Made by a program: the position numbers and the translations under genes. Shown here in pieces: positions 37,255 to 49,191 of a DNA stretch of 64,000 nt. Positions within the stretch are counted from its first letter, which is position 1, and each line of letters starts with the position of its first letter. Origin of the DNA: Octopus vulgaris (lineage: Eukaryota); contig OX597818.1 in NCBI GenBank assembly GCA_951406725.2, positions 144,274,001 to 144,338,000 on the forward strand, read 5' to 3'. The notes beneath the pieces were generated by a model. The model did not search any database. It was not told the origin of the DNA and was given only the letters and a program-made list of their open reading frames with translations.

Positions 37255-38730
37255 CTATCAAAGGAAATTTCCAGCATAAAGACCAAGGAAACACAAAAAT
37301 AAACAAACACATAAAATTATTATAAATAAATGATTAAGATGTTTGCTTTGCATCTAAGTGGTTCTCAGTTTATCCCAGTGAGGCAGCTTGGACAAGCATA
37401 GTCTCAAGTTAATCAATACCCAGTGAACAATATATAATAATCAGAAACTGTGAAGCTCATCATGACACACAGAGATACAGATATATCCTTCAACTCTTCA
37501 TGGGAGTTGCAGAGGTGCTGTGATGATGCAGTGTAAACTGGGCATTTTAAACCTGGTGGAACCTATCCCTTTCCAAAATGTGTGCATGTATGTGTATATC
37601 TAAATTAGTGTGATGAACTATATTCAGACATTCAATAAATGGAGATTACTACAATAAGTGACAGTCTAAAATCAGTCCTGACGTTCATAGGATCCACTTA
37701 AAACCTTCGAACACAGCAGTTTCCCACCATGGACTTATTTGAATAATTGAAACCCATAAAAGGAATAAAAGTATATGAATCAATATCCTGTGATAAGCTC
37801 CACTCCGCACCCTACTCTACACACACACATTCAGGGACAAGTTGCTTGCTATTTTCTGTTTCTTTCACAACAGTGATCATTTAAAAACCTTTTTGTTTCT
37901 TTATCTTACTATTGTGTATTTCCAGATTTTATACTCACCATTATACCAATGGTAGCCAAACTGCATCTTATGAGCTACATGCAGCAGTAAATGCTACAAA
38001 GTCTAACCCCACCGGAAACAGATTATTCAATGCAATATTCAGATTCCAACATGCAAGCACAATGGACTGAACTGTTTGAGAATCATATTGGAAAGATATT
38101 GCACAGCACCATGGATGTATGGCACTTTGATAGGTTTGCAATGCCTAGGGTACACCATGTCATGACAGTATCTTACAGCTCTGTTAGGCGTTGAGAGCCC
38201 GACGGAAGGAAGAGTGTGTATGTGTGTAACATACCCTAGTCACACTAACATGAATATAACGGGGTTTTTTTAAGTAGTGACCATATAATACAGTAGGTTA
38301 CAGCATTCAATATGAAATAGAAAAGTATGAATGAGTCCAAATGAATGGGATTCTTTTGTTAGGTGTAAAGTTATGGAAGAAAAACACTGGAAAAGCAAGG
38401 AAAAGCAAAAAAAGAAAAAAGAACAATGAGGCCCCATTAATGATAAATAAGAATGGGATGACATTTGTTGTAGTTATAAAGCAGAAAACAACTGCACAGA
38501 TTTGTCTGTAGATCAGGACTGCCTACTTTCTTGTATAATAGGATAGAATAGAAGGAATTTACCAAAGGAATCTGACAATGATTGCTTAGATTAAAAAACC
38601 AAGTTATGAGTCTGACCCCTTCATCATTTAGCCATATCATCTCTCTGGGGGTAATATGGAAAAATTTTCTCAAATCTCCTTTCCAAAAATGTTAATTTTT
38701 GCTTTTATTGAACAGAAATAATTCTCTGAC

Positions 38731-38846
38731 CTGTAAGATCCCAGATTATTTCCAGTCTCGTAAGCTTTTGCCATGTACAATACAGCATCACGATCTCCTC
38801 TTTCAGCAGCATTGCTCATATAATCAACACCTTTGTCTAAGTCAAC
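38731..38846 (-). CDS. EEF2K: eEF2K coding exon 9
   Basis: VDLDKGVDYMSNAAERGDRDAVLYMAKAYETGNNLGSY(R); 116 nt. Confidence 0.92.
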
Positions 38847-38991
38847 CTGAAAGGACAGAAAAAGCATATAATGTATCTCTTTGCTTTATGCTGTTTCCTA
38901 ATTTATACAAGTAACAGAGAGCAAGAAAAAAAAAAGAAAAACAATTATAAATTTTTTTAGAGCCATTGCTGTTAGCATCAGTTTGCTGACA

Positions 38992-40431
38992 TTATTCAAC
39001 TTAAAATAAGAAAAGATCATTTTGTTGATCTAAGGTTAAGAACTATAGTGCATACAAGGAATTATAGATTATATACATTTCTTATTCAACTTAAAATAAG
39101 AAAAGATCATTTTGTTGATCTAAGGTTAAGAACTATAGTGCATACAAGGAATTATAGATTATATACATTTCTTATTCAACTTAAAATAAGAAAAGATCAT
39201 TTTGTTGATCTAAGGTTAAGAACTATAGTGCATACAAGGAATTATAGATTATATACATTTCTTATTCAACTTAAAATAAGAAAAGATCATTTTGTTGATC
39301 TAAGGTTAAGAACTATAGTGCATACAAGGAATTATAGATTATATACATTTCTTATTCAACTTAAAATAAGAAAAGATCATTTTGTTGATCTAAGGTTAAG
39401 AACTATAGTGCATACAAGGAATTATAGATTATATACATTTCTTATTCAACTTAAAATAAGAAAAGATCATTTTGTTGATCTAAGGTTAAGAACTATAGTG
39501 CATACAAGGAATTATAGATTATATACATTTCTTATTCAACTTAAAATAAGAAAAGATCATTTTGTTGATCTAAAGTTAAGAACTATAGTGCATACAAGGA
39601 ATTATAGATTATATACATTTCTTATTCAACTTAAAATAAGAAAAGATCATTTTGTTGATCTAAGGTTAAGAACTATAGTGCATACAAGGAATTATAGATT
39701 ATATACATTTCTTATTCAACTTAAAATAAGAAAAGATCATTTTGTTGATCTAAGGTTAAGAACTATAGTGCATACAAGGAATTATAGATTATATACATTT
39801 CTTATTCAACTTAAAATAAGAAAAGATCATTTTGTTGATCTAAAGTTAAGAACTATAGTGCATACAAGGAATTATAGATTATATACATTTCTTATTCAAC
39901 TTAAAATAAGAAAAGATCATTTTGTTGATCTAAGGTTAAGAACTATAGTGCATACAAGGAATTATAGATTATATACATTTCTTATTCAACTTAAAATAAG
40001 AAAAGATCATTTTGTTGATCTAAGGTTAAGAACTATAGTGCATACAAGGAATTATAGATTATATACATTTCTTATTCAACTTAAAATAAGAAAAGATCAT
40101 TTTGTTGATCTAAAGTTAAGAACTATAGTGCATACAAGGAATTATAGATTATATACATTTCTTATTCAACTTAAAATAAGAAAAGATCATTTTGTTGATC
40201 TAAAGTTAAGAACTATAGTGCATACAAGGAATTATAGATTATATACATTTCTTATTCAACTTAAAATAAGAAAAGATCATTTTGTTGATCTAAGGTTAAG
40301 AACTATAGTGCATACAAGGAATTATAGATTATATACATTTCTTATTCAACTTAAAATAAGAAAAGATCATTTTGTTGATCTAAAGTTAAGAACTATAGTG
40401 CATACAAGGAATTATAGATTATATACATTTC
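38992..40431. repeat. Tandem array, 16 x 90 bp, one variable site, intronic in eEF2K
   Basis: Exact 90-bp periodicity; G>A variant at 39574, 39844, 40114, 40204 and 40384. Confidence 0.98.
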
Positions 40432-40543
40432 TAACTCTGCTGAAGAAAGGTTGTAGTAACATACCAAAGAAGTGATTAGAGAAATTCCTTAAACATATGA
40501 AGGGATACCCAAAAATAACCAGAAACATTCCATATACATATAT

Positions 40544-40574
<31 letters not shown>

Positions 40575-40691
40575 TGCATATACACACACATATACATACA
40601 CACACACACACACACATATATAAGTACTTTTTGGCAATAAAATATTGCCAATTATGAAATTTGTCTAAACAAAAAAAAAAAGGTTACTTAC

Positions 40692-40883
40692 ACCCATAGG
40701 ACAGTCGACTAAAATATCCCTCTGGAGACCAAGGTAGATTCTGGCCAAAGAGGAAATAGCGTCCAGATTGCCCAATTGTGCTGCATGTCCTTCATGATAC
40801 ATAGCAGACTCCCAGTCAATTGGAGAATTAGCATCTTTCTTAAATCTTCCCAGTTCATAGTATTTAGAAATTTCATGGTGAAT
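40692..40883 (-). CDS. EEF2K: eEF2K coding exon 8
   Basis: IHHEISKYYELGRF...HAAQLGNLDAISSLARIYLGLQRDILVDCPMG; 192 nt; donor GTAAGT. Confidence 0.9.
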
Positions 40884-42933
40884 CTGAAATATAGTTTGTC
40901 ATTTATCAAGACATGAATATGGGATAAAGAAATCACAGCAAACTTGTTCTCTTTTAAAATAACTCTACAAATAACACCTTCATTGCGAAATATTTCTAAA
41001 ATTAAAAGTGAACAAGAAATTGTATACCTTTTTTTTTTTTTTTTATGGAATAGACAAACACATTTCTAAACATTTGAAGACAATATAGGTCTGAGTGCAA
41101 AATGTCAAGTTAATTTCATTGGACATTTAGATTTTTAGATATATGAGAAACTTGTATGTGAAGCTTATTTGTATGTGAGAATAATTTTTTCATAGAGATT
41201 TACAGAACCCCAAAAGTCATTTTGTATATCATAAACTACCTTTAATTTCTGGTCTGCCATATTTAACCATCGATTCTTTCTTTATCTATGCATTGTACCA
41301 ATCCAATATTAATTTAAATCAATTTTAAACTAAACCATTTTACTCAGCTCCTATAAAGGAAAGTCTTAAGTTCTTGGCCCCTCAAGTAGATGTTGAACTA
41401 TAAGATAAATAGTGTCCCTCATCTTCTCACCATCCCTCACAAAGTAGTGAACACCTTTTAAGGCAAGAATGTATCCAATTATGATCTTACAATTCTTATT
41501 TATTCCCAAGAATATCTCTTCAAAAGTTGTTTTTTAAAGTCCATCAGAATGCATTATGATTTGATAACATGAAAGTCAATGGGAAAATTCATTTTGGCTG
41601 CAAGATTTTGTATTACAAATTTTTTAGGAACACATTACTTTTGTAATATGATTCATGCACTTTGGTCAAGGACATAAAATGTCTACTGATCCAGGAATTG
41701 AACCCATGACACCGTGCTCATAACATCCTAACTGATATGTTAAAATATTTTATGTTCAACTTTTCCCAAAACAAATGTAGGGCTTCCATCAGTCAAGGCC
41801 GACTCTGCATCCGACATGTATGCAAAGGCCAGGACAAGATTTTTCCGTTGCCTGTGCATGTAAGTCTCCTTTCTGCATGTCAGTAATGTTTGTCCAAAGG
41901 AAAGGACGCTGACTGGAATCCATACATCTTGGCCTCATTGTCAGTGCATGTATTACTGTGTGAGCAGGAATTGGAACAGGTAACACAAAGCATCTTGCCA
42001 AACCCTTAAACGGTTCTGCCAATATGTAGCCTTAGTACCTTTTTATCAACAAAGTTGACCATGGCAGGTCATCTCAGAGCACAGAGATGACCCAACCAAG
42101 TTACAGTTAAAAAAGACAGAAACCAACATGCAAGCAGTGAGCCAGGTAGGAAACCAAGGACAGTCACCAGGTATTTTATACGATTCAAGGAATACATTAT
42201 TATTGATCCTCATTTTGTATTCTTAAATGAGTTTTACCTTTAAGCTTAAAAGGTTTTGTTTATTGTGACAGTGATTCACTTCGGTTACAATATAATTTTA
42301 TATTTAGTCTGATTATAGACGGACATCCTAATACATACGAAACAATGTCTGTATGTGTGTGCTATGTATTAGATCTAAGTTCAATCATTGTTTTAACAAG
42401 TTTCATCAATGTTTTAACATTGATTTTCCAGGCTTGCACAAGTCATATGAAATTTGTTGAAGCAAACGTTTATGACCAGATGTTTTTCCTGATATCAACT
42501 CTCACCTAATTCTTCCAAGTAAAATATTTTATCTAGTCCTTTGAATATGAGCAATAGAATTGCTCGCAGAAGATTGCAAATAAATGACAGTGCTTGTTTG
42601 ACACTATGTTTGTTTATAAAAAGTGCACAATATAAAAACAAGGAGATATGAACACACACTCATGCATACACAACCACATCTATTACCAAATCCATCTTTG
42701 GCTAACCTGGGACTATAGTAAATGCTTGACAAGGCTTTGAGTTCAGTGGGACTGAACTCAAAATCCCATGGTTGTGAACTTACCTCCTTAACCATGCAGT
42801 CATCCCTGTGCCTATATAATAACCTACATAATGCAAGGAGATCTTACTGCTAGTGTTATACAAAATGTACTTTTGGTAGTTTGAACAAAACTTGCTTAAT
42901 TTTAAATGAAAAAAGAAAAAAAGAAAGAATTAC

Positions 42934-43059
42934 CATTCCAAGAATGTGCCAAGATTCTTCATAATGAGTGTTGCATTTTTCAAGGCTTATTTTACCATTT
43001 ACACATGAAGGACGATGATTTCTACCAGCAATTTCACTAAAAGCAAGTCTTTCTTCCTC
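42934..43059 (-). CDS. EEF2K: eEF2K coding exon 7
   Basis: EEERLAFSEIAGRNHRPSCVNG...WHILGM; 126 nt; RPS corresponds to the human Ser500 region. Confidence 0.88.
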
Positions 43060-43395
43060 CTGCAGAAAAAAGAATAAGAAATAAAAGAATGCTGTTTGAA
43101 ATCTGGACATAAACGTACAATCAACAACATCTCTGAGTATAAAGAGAGTTCATCCAAACCACAATATATCTGCAATTCTGCTTCTTGATATTTTGGCTGC
43201 TAAATGATTAAGAATTTATATAGAGCATCTAAACTATGAGAGATTGGTAAAGTCCATACTAATCAACTAAAACTTCTTAGCAGAGAGTACAAATATATAT
43301 TGTTAGAGCAAAGTAGAATGACTTTCATTAGATATTGGTTCATTCAGGGTTAACCTGGAGTTACAGCAATGGTTAATTAGTAAGCATGATCTTCA

Positions 43396-44022
43396 AACTT
43401 TGAGCCTCACAAAGGCAAGGACTGGGGACCAAAACCTTTGGCAATGTGCTGTGCTTGAGAGGACCCATCAAGCCAAGTGCACTCATGCTAGTGGTGACAC
43501 ATAAAGAACATCTTTTGAACATTAGGCCTCACAGAAACAAAGTGGCTAAGTTCCTCTCGAGCGTTGGACCTGACAGAGTCAAAGTGGCTGAGTTCCTTTC
43601 GAGTGCTGGGCTTCACAAAGGCAAAGTGGCCGAGTTCCTTTTGAGCATTGGGCCTCACAGAAGCAAAGTGGCTGAGTTCCTTCCATGTGTTGGGCCTCAT
43701 GGAGGCAATGACCAAAACTTTTAGCATTTTATCATGCTTGAGAAGAAGACTCATCAAGCCAAGCAAAATCACAGTCGTGGCAGATACAGGTGTCATGCAA
43801 ATTGGCACTGATGCCAGTGGTATGTAAACACACCCGGTGTCATGCAAATAGCATGTAAAAGCACCCATTAAACTCTCGGAATGGTTAGTGTTAGGAAGGG
43901 TATCCAGCCGTAGGAAACCATGCCAAATCAGACTGGAGTCTGGTGTAGCCTTCCAGCATGCTAGCCCAGCCGAACCATCCAACCCATGCCAGCATGGACA
44001 ATGGAAGTTAAATGATGATGAT
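43396..44022 (+). mobile_element. Non-coding element with RTE-type 3' end and internal 42-bp tandem repeats
   Basis: About 4-5 units of GAGCATTGGGCCTCACAGAAGCAAAGTGGCTGAGTTCCTTT at 43517-43715, then the RTE tail and (GAT)n. Confidence 0.65.
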
Positions 44023-44762
44023 TTGCTTATTTTCTTATCACCCTCAGAAAATATGAAATAAATGTTCCACAGAATTCTCCTGGAAGTAATGGATATGTCA
44101 CAATTGTCATACCAAACAATATTGAGAAAAAAAAATATATAAAACAAATCCTAGCATGTCCATCAGAGAATATGATATTTCAGAGATTAACATTATTGTT
44201 GAAGTGAAATGTATATTTTCACTAGACAAGATTTGTCACAGATAATTTTTCCATGCTCTCTAGGCTGAGTGGTGGCATATTTAAGGCAAGATTTTATGAC
44301 CAGGTGCACTTCTGTTGCCTTTTCAAGTAAAGGAATTTTTATTCTACCAGTTTCTGACAAAGCAATCAGTCAATGTCAATAGAAAATGTAAAAATAATGC
44401 TTTTTCATTCAAGCAAAGCCAAGGAATATCAACATTCACGCACATTCACATACAGTTTCCTACAGTTTCTGCCAACCAGTTTCATTCACAAGGTAATGGT
44501 TGGCCCAGGGTCATAGTAGAAGACAATTGCCCAAGGCACCTATGCAATGGGACAGAACCTGAAACCACATGATTGAGAGGCAAATTTCTCAACCATACAG
44601 CTATATTAAAAGAGATATGCTGAAGGCGCCATGCAGTAGAACTGAACCCTCCTTTTTGTTTTATACAGCCCCACATATGGCTGGAAACATAAAATATAAC
44701 TTAAAAAGGTAAAGAGCAGAATATGGGGATGTGATTACAGTAAGGACATTATCAGTGAAAAA

Positions 44763-44942
44763 AAGGTGCAGGAGTGGCTGTGTGGTAAGTAGCTTGCTTG
44801 CCAGCCACATGGTTTTAGGTTCATTACCCACTGATTGGCACCTTGGGCAAGTGTCTTCTACTATAGCCTCAAGCCAACCAAAGCCTTGTAAGAGGATTTG
44901 GTACATGGAAACTGAAAGAAGTCCGTCATATGTGTGTGTGTG

Positions 44943-44973
<31 letters not shown>

Positions 44974-45118
44974 TTGTTCCCCAACATTGATTGACAACCG
45001 ATGGTGGTATGTTTACATCCCTGTAACTTAGCAGTTCGGCAAAAAAGACTGATAGAATAAGTACTAGGCTTACAAAAAGTAAGTTCTGGGGTCGATTTGC
45101 TTGACTAAAGGCGGTGTT
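44763..45118 (+). mobile_element. tRNA-derived SINE, near complete
   Basis: Colinear with the SINE at 3939-4342. Confidence 0.82.
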
Positions 45119-45203
45119 ATTTCTTTTTATAAATCATTCATTTCAATAACATTCAATTCTATATTCTTTTTTTTTTTTGACATTTTACAAAACAAATACA
45201 TAC

Positions 45204-45527
45204 CTCTGTCATAGAATTTTCAGATTCACTAAAATAACGCATCCGTGAAACTCTGAAACATGGAATTGGACTCCCAAAAGACATTGGCTCATCATCGTTA
45301 CTTAAGCTGCTGTTCAAAGGAGAATGTCTTTCATTGCTGGACATAGGAGAATGTCTTTCATTGCTGGACAAAGGAGAATGTCTTCCATTGCTGAAGAAAG
45401 GAGAATGCCCTCCATTACTGCTCAAAGGAGAATGCATGCCCGAACTGAAGAAATCATGGATTTCAGCAGGTGAGCCACAGATTACTGACTCTTCAGTACC
45501 ACGAACAACAGTCATGGGAGACTCAGT
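45204..45527 (-). CDS. EEF2K: eEF2K coding exon 6 (regulatory loop, with 9-aa repeats)
   Basis: TESPMTVVRGTEESVICGSP resembles human TILRGTEEKCGSP; 324 nt, phase 0/0. Confidence 0.9.
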
Positions 45528-46135
45528 CTAGAAATAATAAAATATAAGGAAAACAAAAAACAGAAATCAGTGCTCAATACTAATACCAATACATAATATA
45601 TACTAAAATAATGAATACATATGATTGTGTATGTGAGTGTATGTGAGTGGAGACAGCTGATGATGCTTAGAAAAGCAAATGACAATGATAAACTATAACA
45701 ATTTCCAGCAATTTCTAACATTATCATCATTTTATGTCTATTTCCCCAAATTGTCATGATGTGGATGCGCTTACTGTAACTCATCATTCAACTGCAATAC
45801 CCTGATACACAGAAAAAAGAAGAAAAAAATATTGTTTTTACTATTGTTTGTTTTTTATGTTATGGTTTTTATAGCTGGGTGTCCTTCCTATCACTAATAT
45901 TCTACAGCATGGACTGGGTGCATTTCATCATGCCAGAAGCACAACCTCACACACACATTGATGCCACTAACCATAATGTAATAATGATTCTTCAAATTTC
46001 TAGATAAAGGGTGAGCTGAATTGAGTCCAGTGTATAACTGGTATGTGATTGAACACAAAAGGGCAAAACTGATGGTTAGATTTTGTACTCAAAATGTAAA
46101 AGGTTGGAAATAGATATTGAATGGGTTTTATCCAG

Positions 46136-47186
46136 TACTAGTCTAAGTACCCAGCGTTGCTCAGAAGTTTAGAGAATGTTAAAGAAATTTATTTATTCTG
46201 ATAAAAATATATTTTCAGAAAAATTCTATCAGATGATGTGAGTATAAACAAAGTTATTAAAACAAATCCTGAAATCAATTACAGTTTAATTTTGTAGAAC
46301 TTCTAAATATAGAATGTTTTCAGTGTGTCCTTTAATTAAAATCCTGGTTCAGCTTGATCAACTTAGTCAAGTTTTAACGTTTTCAGTAACAACATATTCT
46401 CTCTTCTAATTAGATATTGAAGAAGAGAGAAAATGCCACCCTTTCTGTTGTAAGATAAATTAATTTTGACAGTAAGGACTAAACCACTTGTTTCACTATC
46501 ACAATTAAAAAGCATTTAACTTTAAAAAAAGAGGTGGGGGTTGTAGACATATGATGGAGAATTATTCAATATCGTGTTTGCTTCTATCAGAATTATTTAC
46601 CTTTAAAACGTAAAAACAAAACCAGTGTATACAACAGGTATGTAAAACATCTGTTTACTTTCTCTGTTCATTCACATAAGCTGTAGAAATTATTGCATGC
46701 ATGCACACTAACAGAAATTTTCCAGACATTTAGCTGTTATGTTTAGAAGTTCATTTTGAGTTTTAGACAACAGGAAGGAGTGGCAAGGGGTGTATGGATC
46801 AATTTTGGAGTTCTTCGTAGAAAATTTGAAATTAAAAATTGTTTTTTCTATATTCTTAATCTCCGTATTTTTCCATGTAGATTGAACAAAAAATTTGAAA
46901 AAAGTTAAAGATCTAAAATTTGTGGGGAAGCTGGGAATTTAAAATTTTGGAAACCTTGTTTTTGCATATTCAGAATCTGTCATCAAAAACATGGGAATCT
47001 GCTGAAAAAAAAATTGGGTCTTGGTCAGGGACTACAGCCCCCTATATGGGCAAAAGCCAAAATTTGATGCCCCTAGAACCTTCCCCGAGTAGTGAAAAAC
47101 CTTCATGGCAAACTTGGTACAGATTGATCCAGCAGTTTGGCCGTGCATAGGGACACACACACACAGTGAATTTTATATATTAAGAT
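46136..47186 (+). mobile_element. Putative non-autonomous Helitron-like element
   Basis: 5' ACTAG..TACCCAGCGTTGCTC and 3' GATCCAGCAGTTTGGCCGTG..(CA)n..TTTTATATATTAAGAT resemble the ends of invertebrate non-autonomous rolling-circle elements. Confidence 0.45.
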
Positions 47187-47847
47187 AATAATACAGTTTC
47201 TGTTATTTTCTACTATTATAGTCATTTGTGTGTGGGAGGAAGGTGAATAATTGCTTGCACAAGTCCTAAATTTGTAGGGAGGGTTATAATTAGTTGAATT
47301 GATTTTTTTTTTTTTTGTAGTGTTTATTTGACTAACACCAAAGAAGTGAGAGATAATTCCAGCAAGGTTAAAATTTGGGACCCTAAGGGATAAAATTCAA
47401 TACTACAAGGTAGCACTTAGTCTGGTGCTTCACCATTTGTGCCACTCCAGGGATAATGGTTTCTAAGTTTGGCACAAAGTCATATATTTTGGAGTGGATA
47501 GGAGTGAAGTCAACTGAAATGATTCCAAATTTCAAATGAAGGACAAAAGGTAAAGTTAATCTTAATAGAATTTGAACTGAGGAATGTATAATGGCAAAAC
47601 TAAATACTGTACAAGTTTAGGCCATTGGTTCTTGGGTAGTAGCACCTCCTTAAAGGCATTGTGAGCCCATAATGGAGCAGTAAATGTTTAGAGCGGGCAT
47701 GAAATCTTTTTATAAATAGAATATTTAAACCAGGTATAATACATATATTTTAAAAACACATTTTCAAGAAAACCTTTGTCAGAATTAAAATATAAAAAGT
47801 ATAGTATTATCAGAGAGAAGAAACATGACTGGTAATCACTATAATTT

Positions 47848-48100
47848 CATTATCTAAAAGTCATTCTGCCAAGGTTTGACTTTGCCTTTCATCCTTTCAG
47901 GATTGACAAAATAAGTACCTGTTGTGTACTGGGGGAGTCGATGTAATCATTATCTAAAAGTCATTCTGCCAAGGTTTGACTTTGCCTTTCATCCTTTCAG
48001 GATTGATAAAATAAGTACCTGTTGAGCATGGGGGGGGGGGAGTCGATGTAATCAACTTCTCCCTCCCCCCTCAAAATTGCTGGCCTTATGCCAAAATTAG
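47848..48100 (+). repeat. Tandem ~100-bp duplication of a SINE 3' portion plus flank
   Basis: CATTATCTAAAAGTCATTCTGCCAAGG...GTCGATGTAAT repeated from 47848 and from 47948. Confidence 0.85.
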
Positions 48101-48930
48101 AAAAAAATTATCTAAGTTCTTGTCTTCTTTAGTAATTTCAATAAAACTTTAACACAGTGATTACTAATATGTGCAAATATCAAAAAAGCTTGATCAAAAT
48201 GATCTTTTTTTTTTGTAAAACATCATTCCACGATAGGGGGTCTTGAATTATATACAGTCAAGGACTAATGTTTCAGCTTATTCTCTTCACTTTACAGTTC
48301 CAATACAGCAATGTATGCTCCCTATTTTGTATATCAGAACCAAAATTAGATACGTAGTACAGGGTTACATTGTGTTACTTGATAGGCCAGAACCTGATGA
48401 ATTTGTATTCAGCTTTTACAATGATTTGTGTCTGTCTCTTATTTTTATTTATGAAAAGGATGGGAAACTTTGAAGACATAACTGCCAATTCAACACCATA
48501 TTGCAACAGAGTGGATGCTATTAAAGACCCACAAGATTCAGGTGGTAGAGTTAAACGTGACAACAGATTACGTCAACCATCTAAGAATAGAAAGAATCTA
48601 TCCAACAAGCTTCAACAGTTTTTATCTTCCTTATTTCACTCACAAAGGTTTGATCAATTCAAGGCCAAGAAAGAAGACATTTACTAAGAGTGGTAAGCAA
48701 TAAAATCAAACCTGGAACCCTGTGATTGCAGAGCAATCTTCTTAACCATGTACTTGTGTCCATTTATTGGGCTCATCATGTATTTAGTTTAAACATTATT
48801 TTGAACACATTCTAATTTATTTCTTACATATTCAGTTTATTTTACATTTTATTCATAAGTAATCACCAGTTCTGAAGAACACAATCAACAATTCTGAAGA
48901 ATAAAATAAATAGAAAAGAACTGTACACAC

Positions 48931-49191
48931 CATAATATGGACAGGCAGATCTTGAATTCTTTTCTCCTCAGATGACAAATCAAATGGTGAAAGTTTCAGA
49001 GATTTGCAGATAGAATTGCAGCAGTGGGAATGGAAAAACAGTGCCATTCCTTTTGTACCCAAATTGCCATCACCATATTCACTGCCATCAGCTGTATGTA
49101 TTTGAGGATCAGTATAAAGGTCTCCAACACCCTGAATATCAACCACAATCATTTCATGGCCAGAACGCTCAAATGTAAAATGACTGAAAGC
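48931..49191 (-). CDS. EEF2K: eEF2K coding exon 5 (alpha-kinase C-lobe)
   Basis: [32 protein letters not shown]...GDGNLG...HCCNSIC; 261 nt; donor GTGTGT is weak but in phase. Confidence 0.93.

Noticed and set aside
38992-40431. CRISPR-like array
   Set aside because: Head-to-tail identical units with no unique spacers; eukaryotic context with no cas genes.
39048-40475. 475-aa repetitive ORF on the plus strand
   Set aside because: By-product of a 90-bp unit with one stop-free frame; GTG start, antisense within an intron, no domain resemblance.
45700-45802. Possible extra eEF2K exon after an acceptor-like AG at ~45802
   Set aside because: No eEF2K similarity or clear donor; exons 5 and 6 already join in frame.
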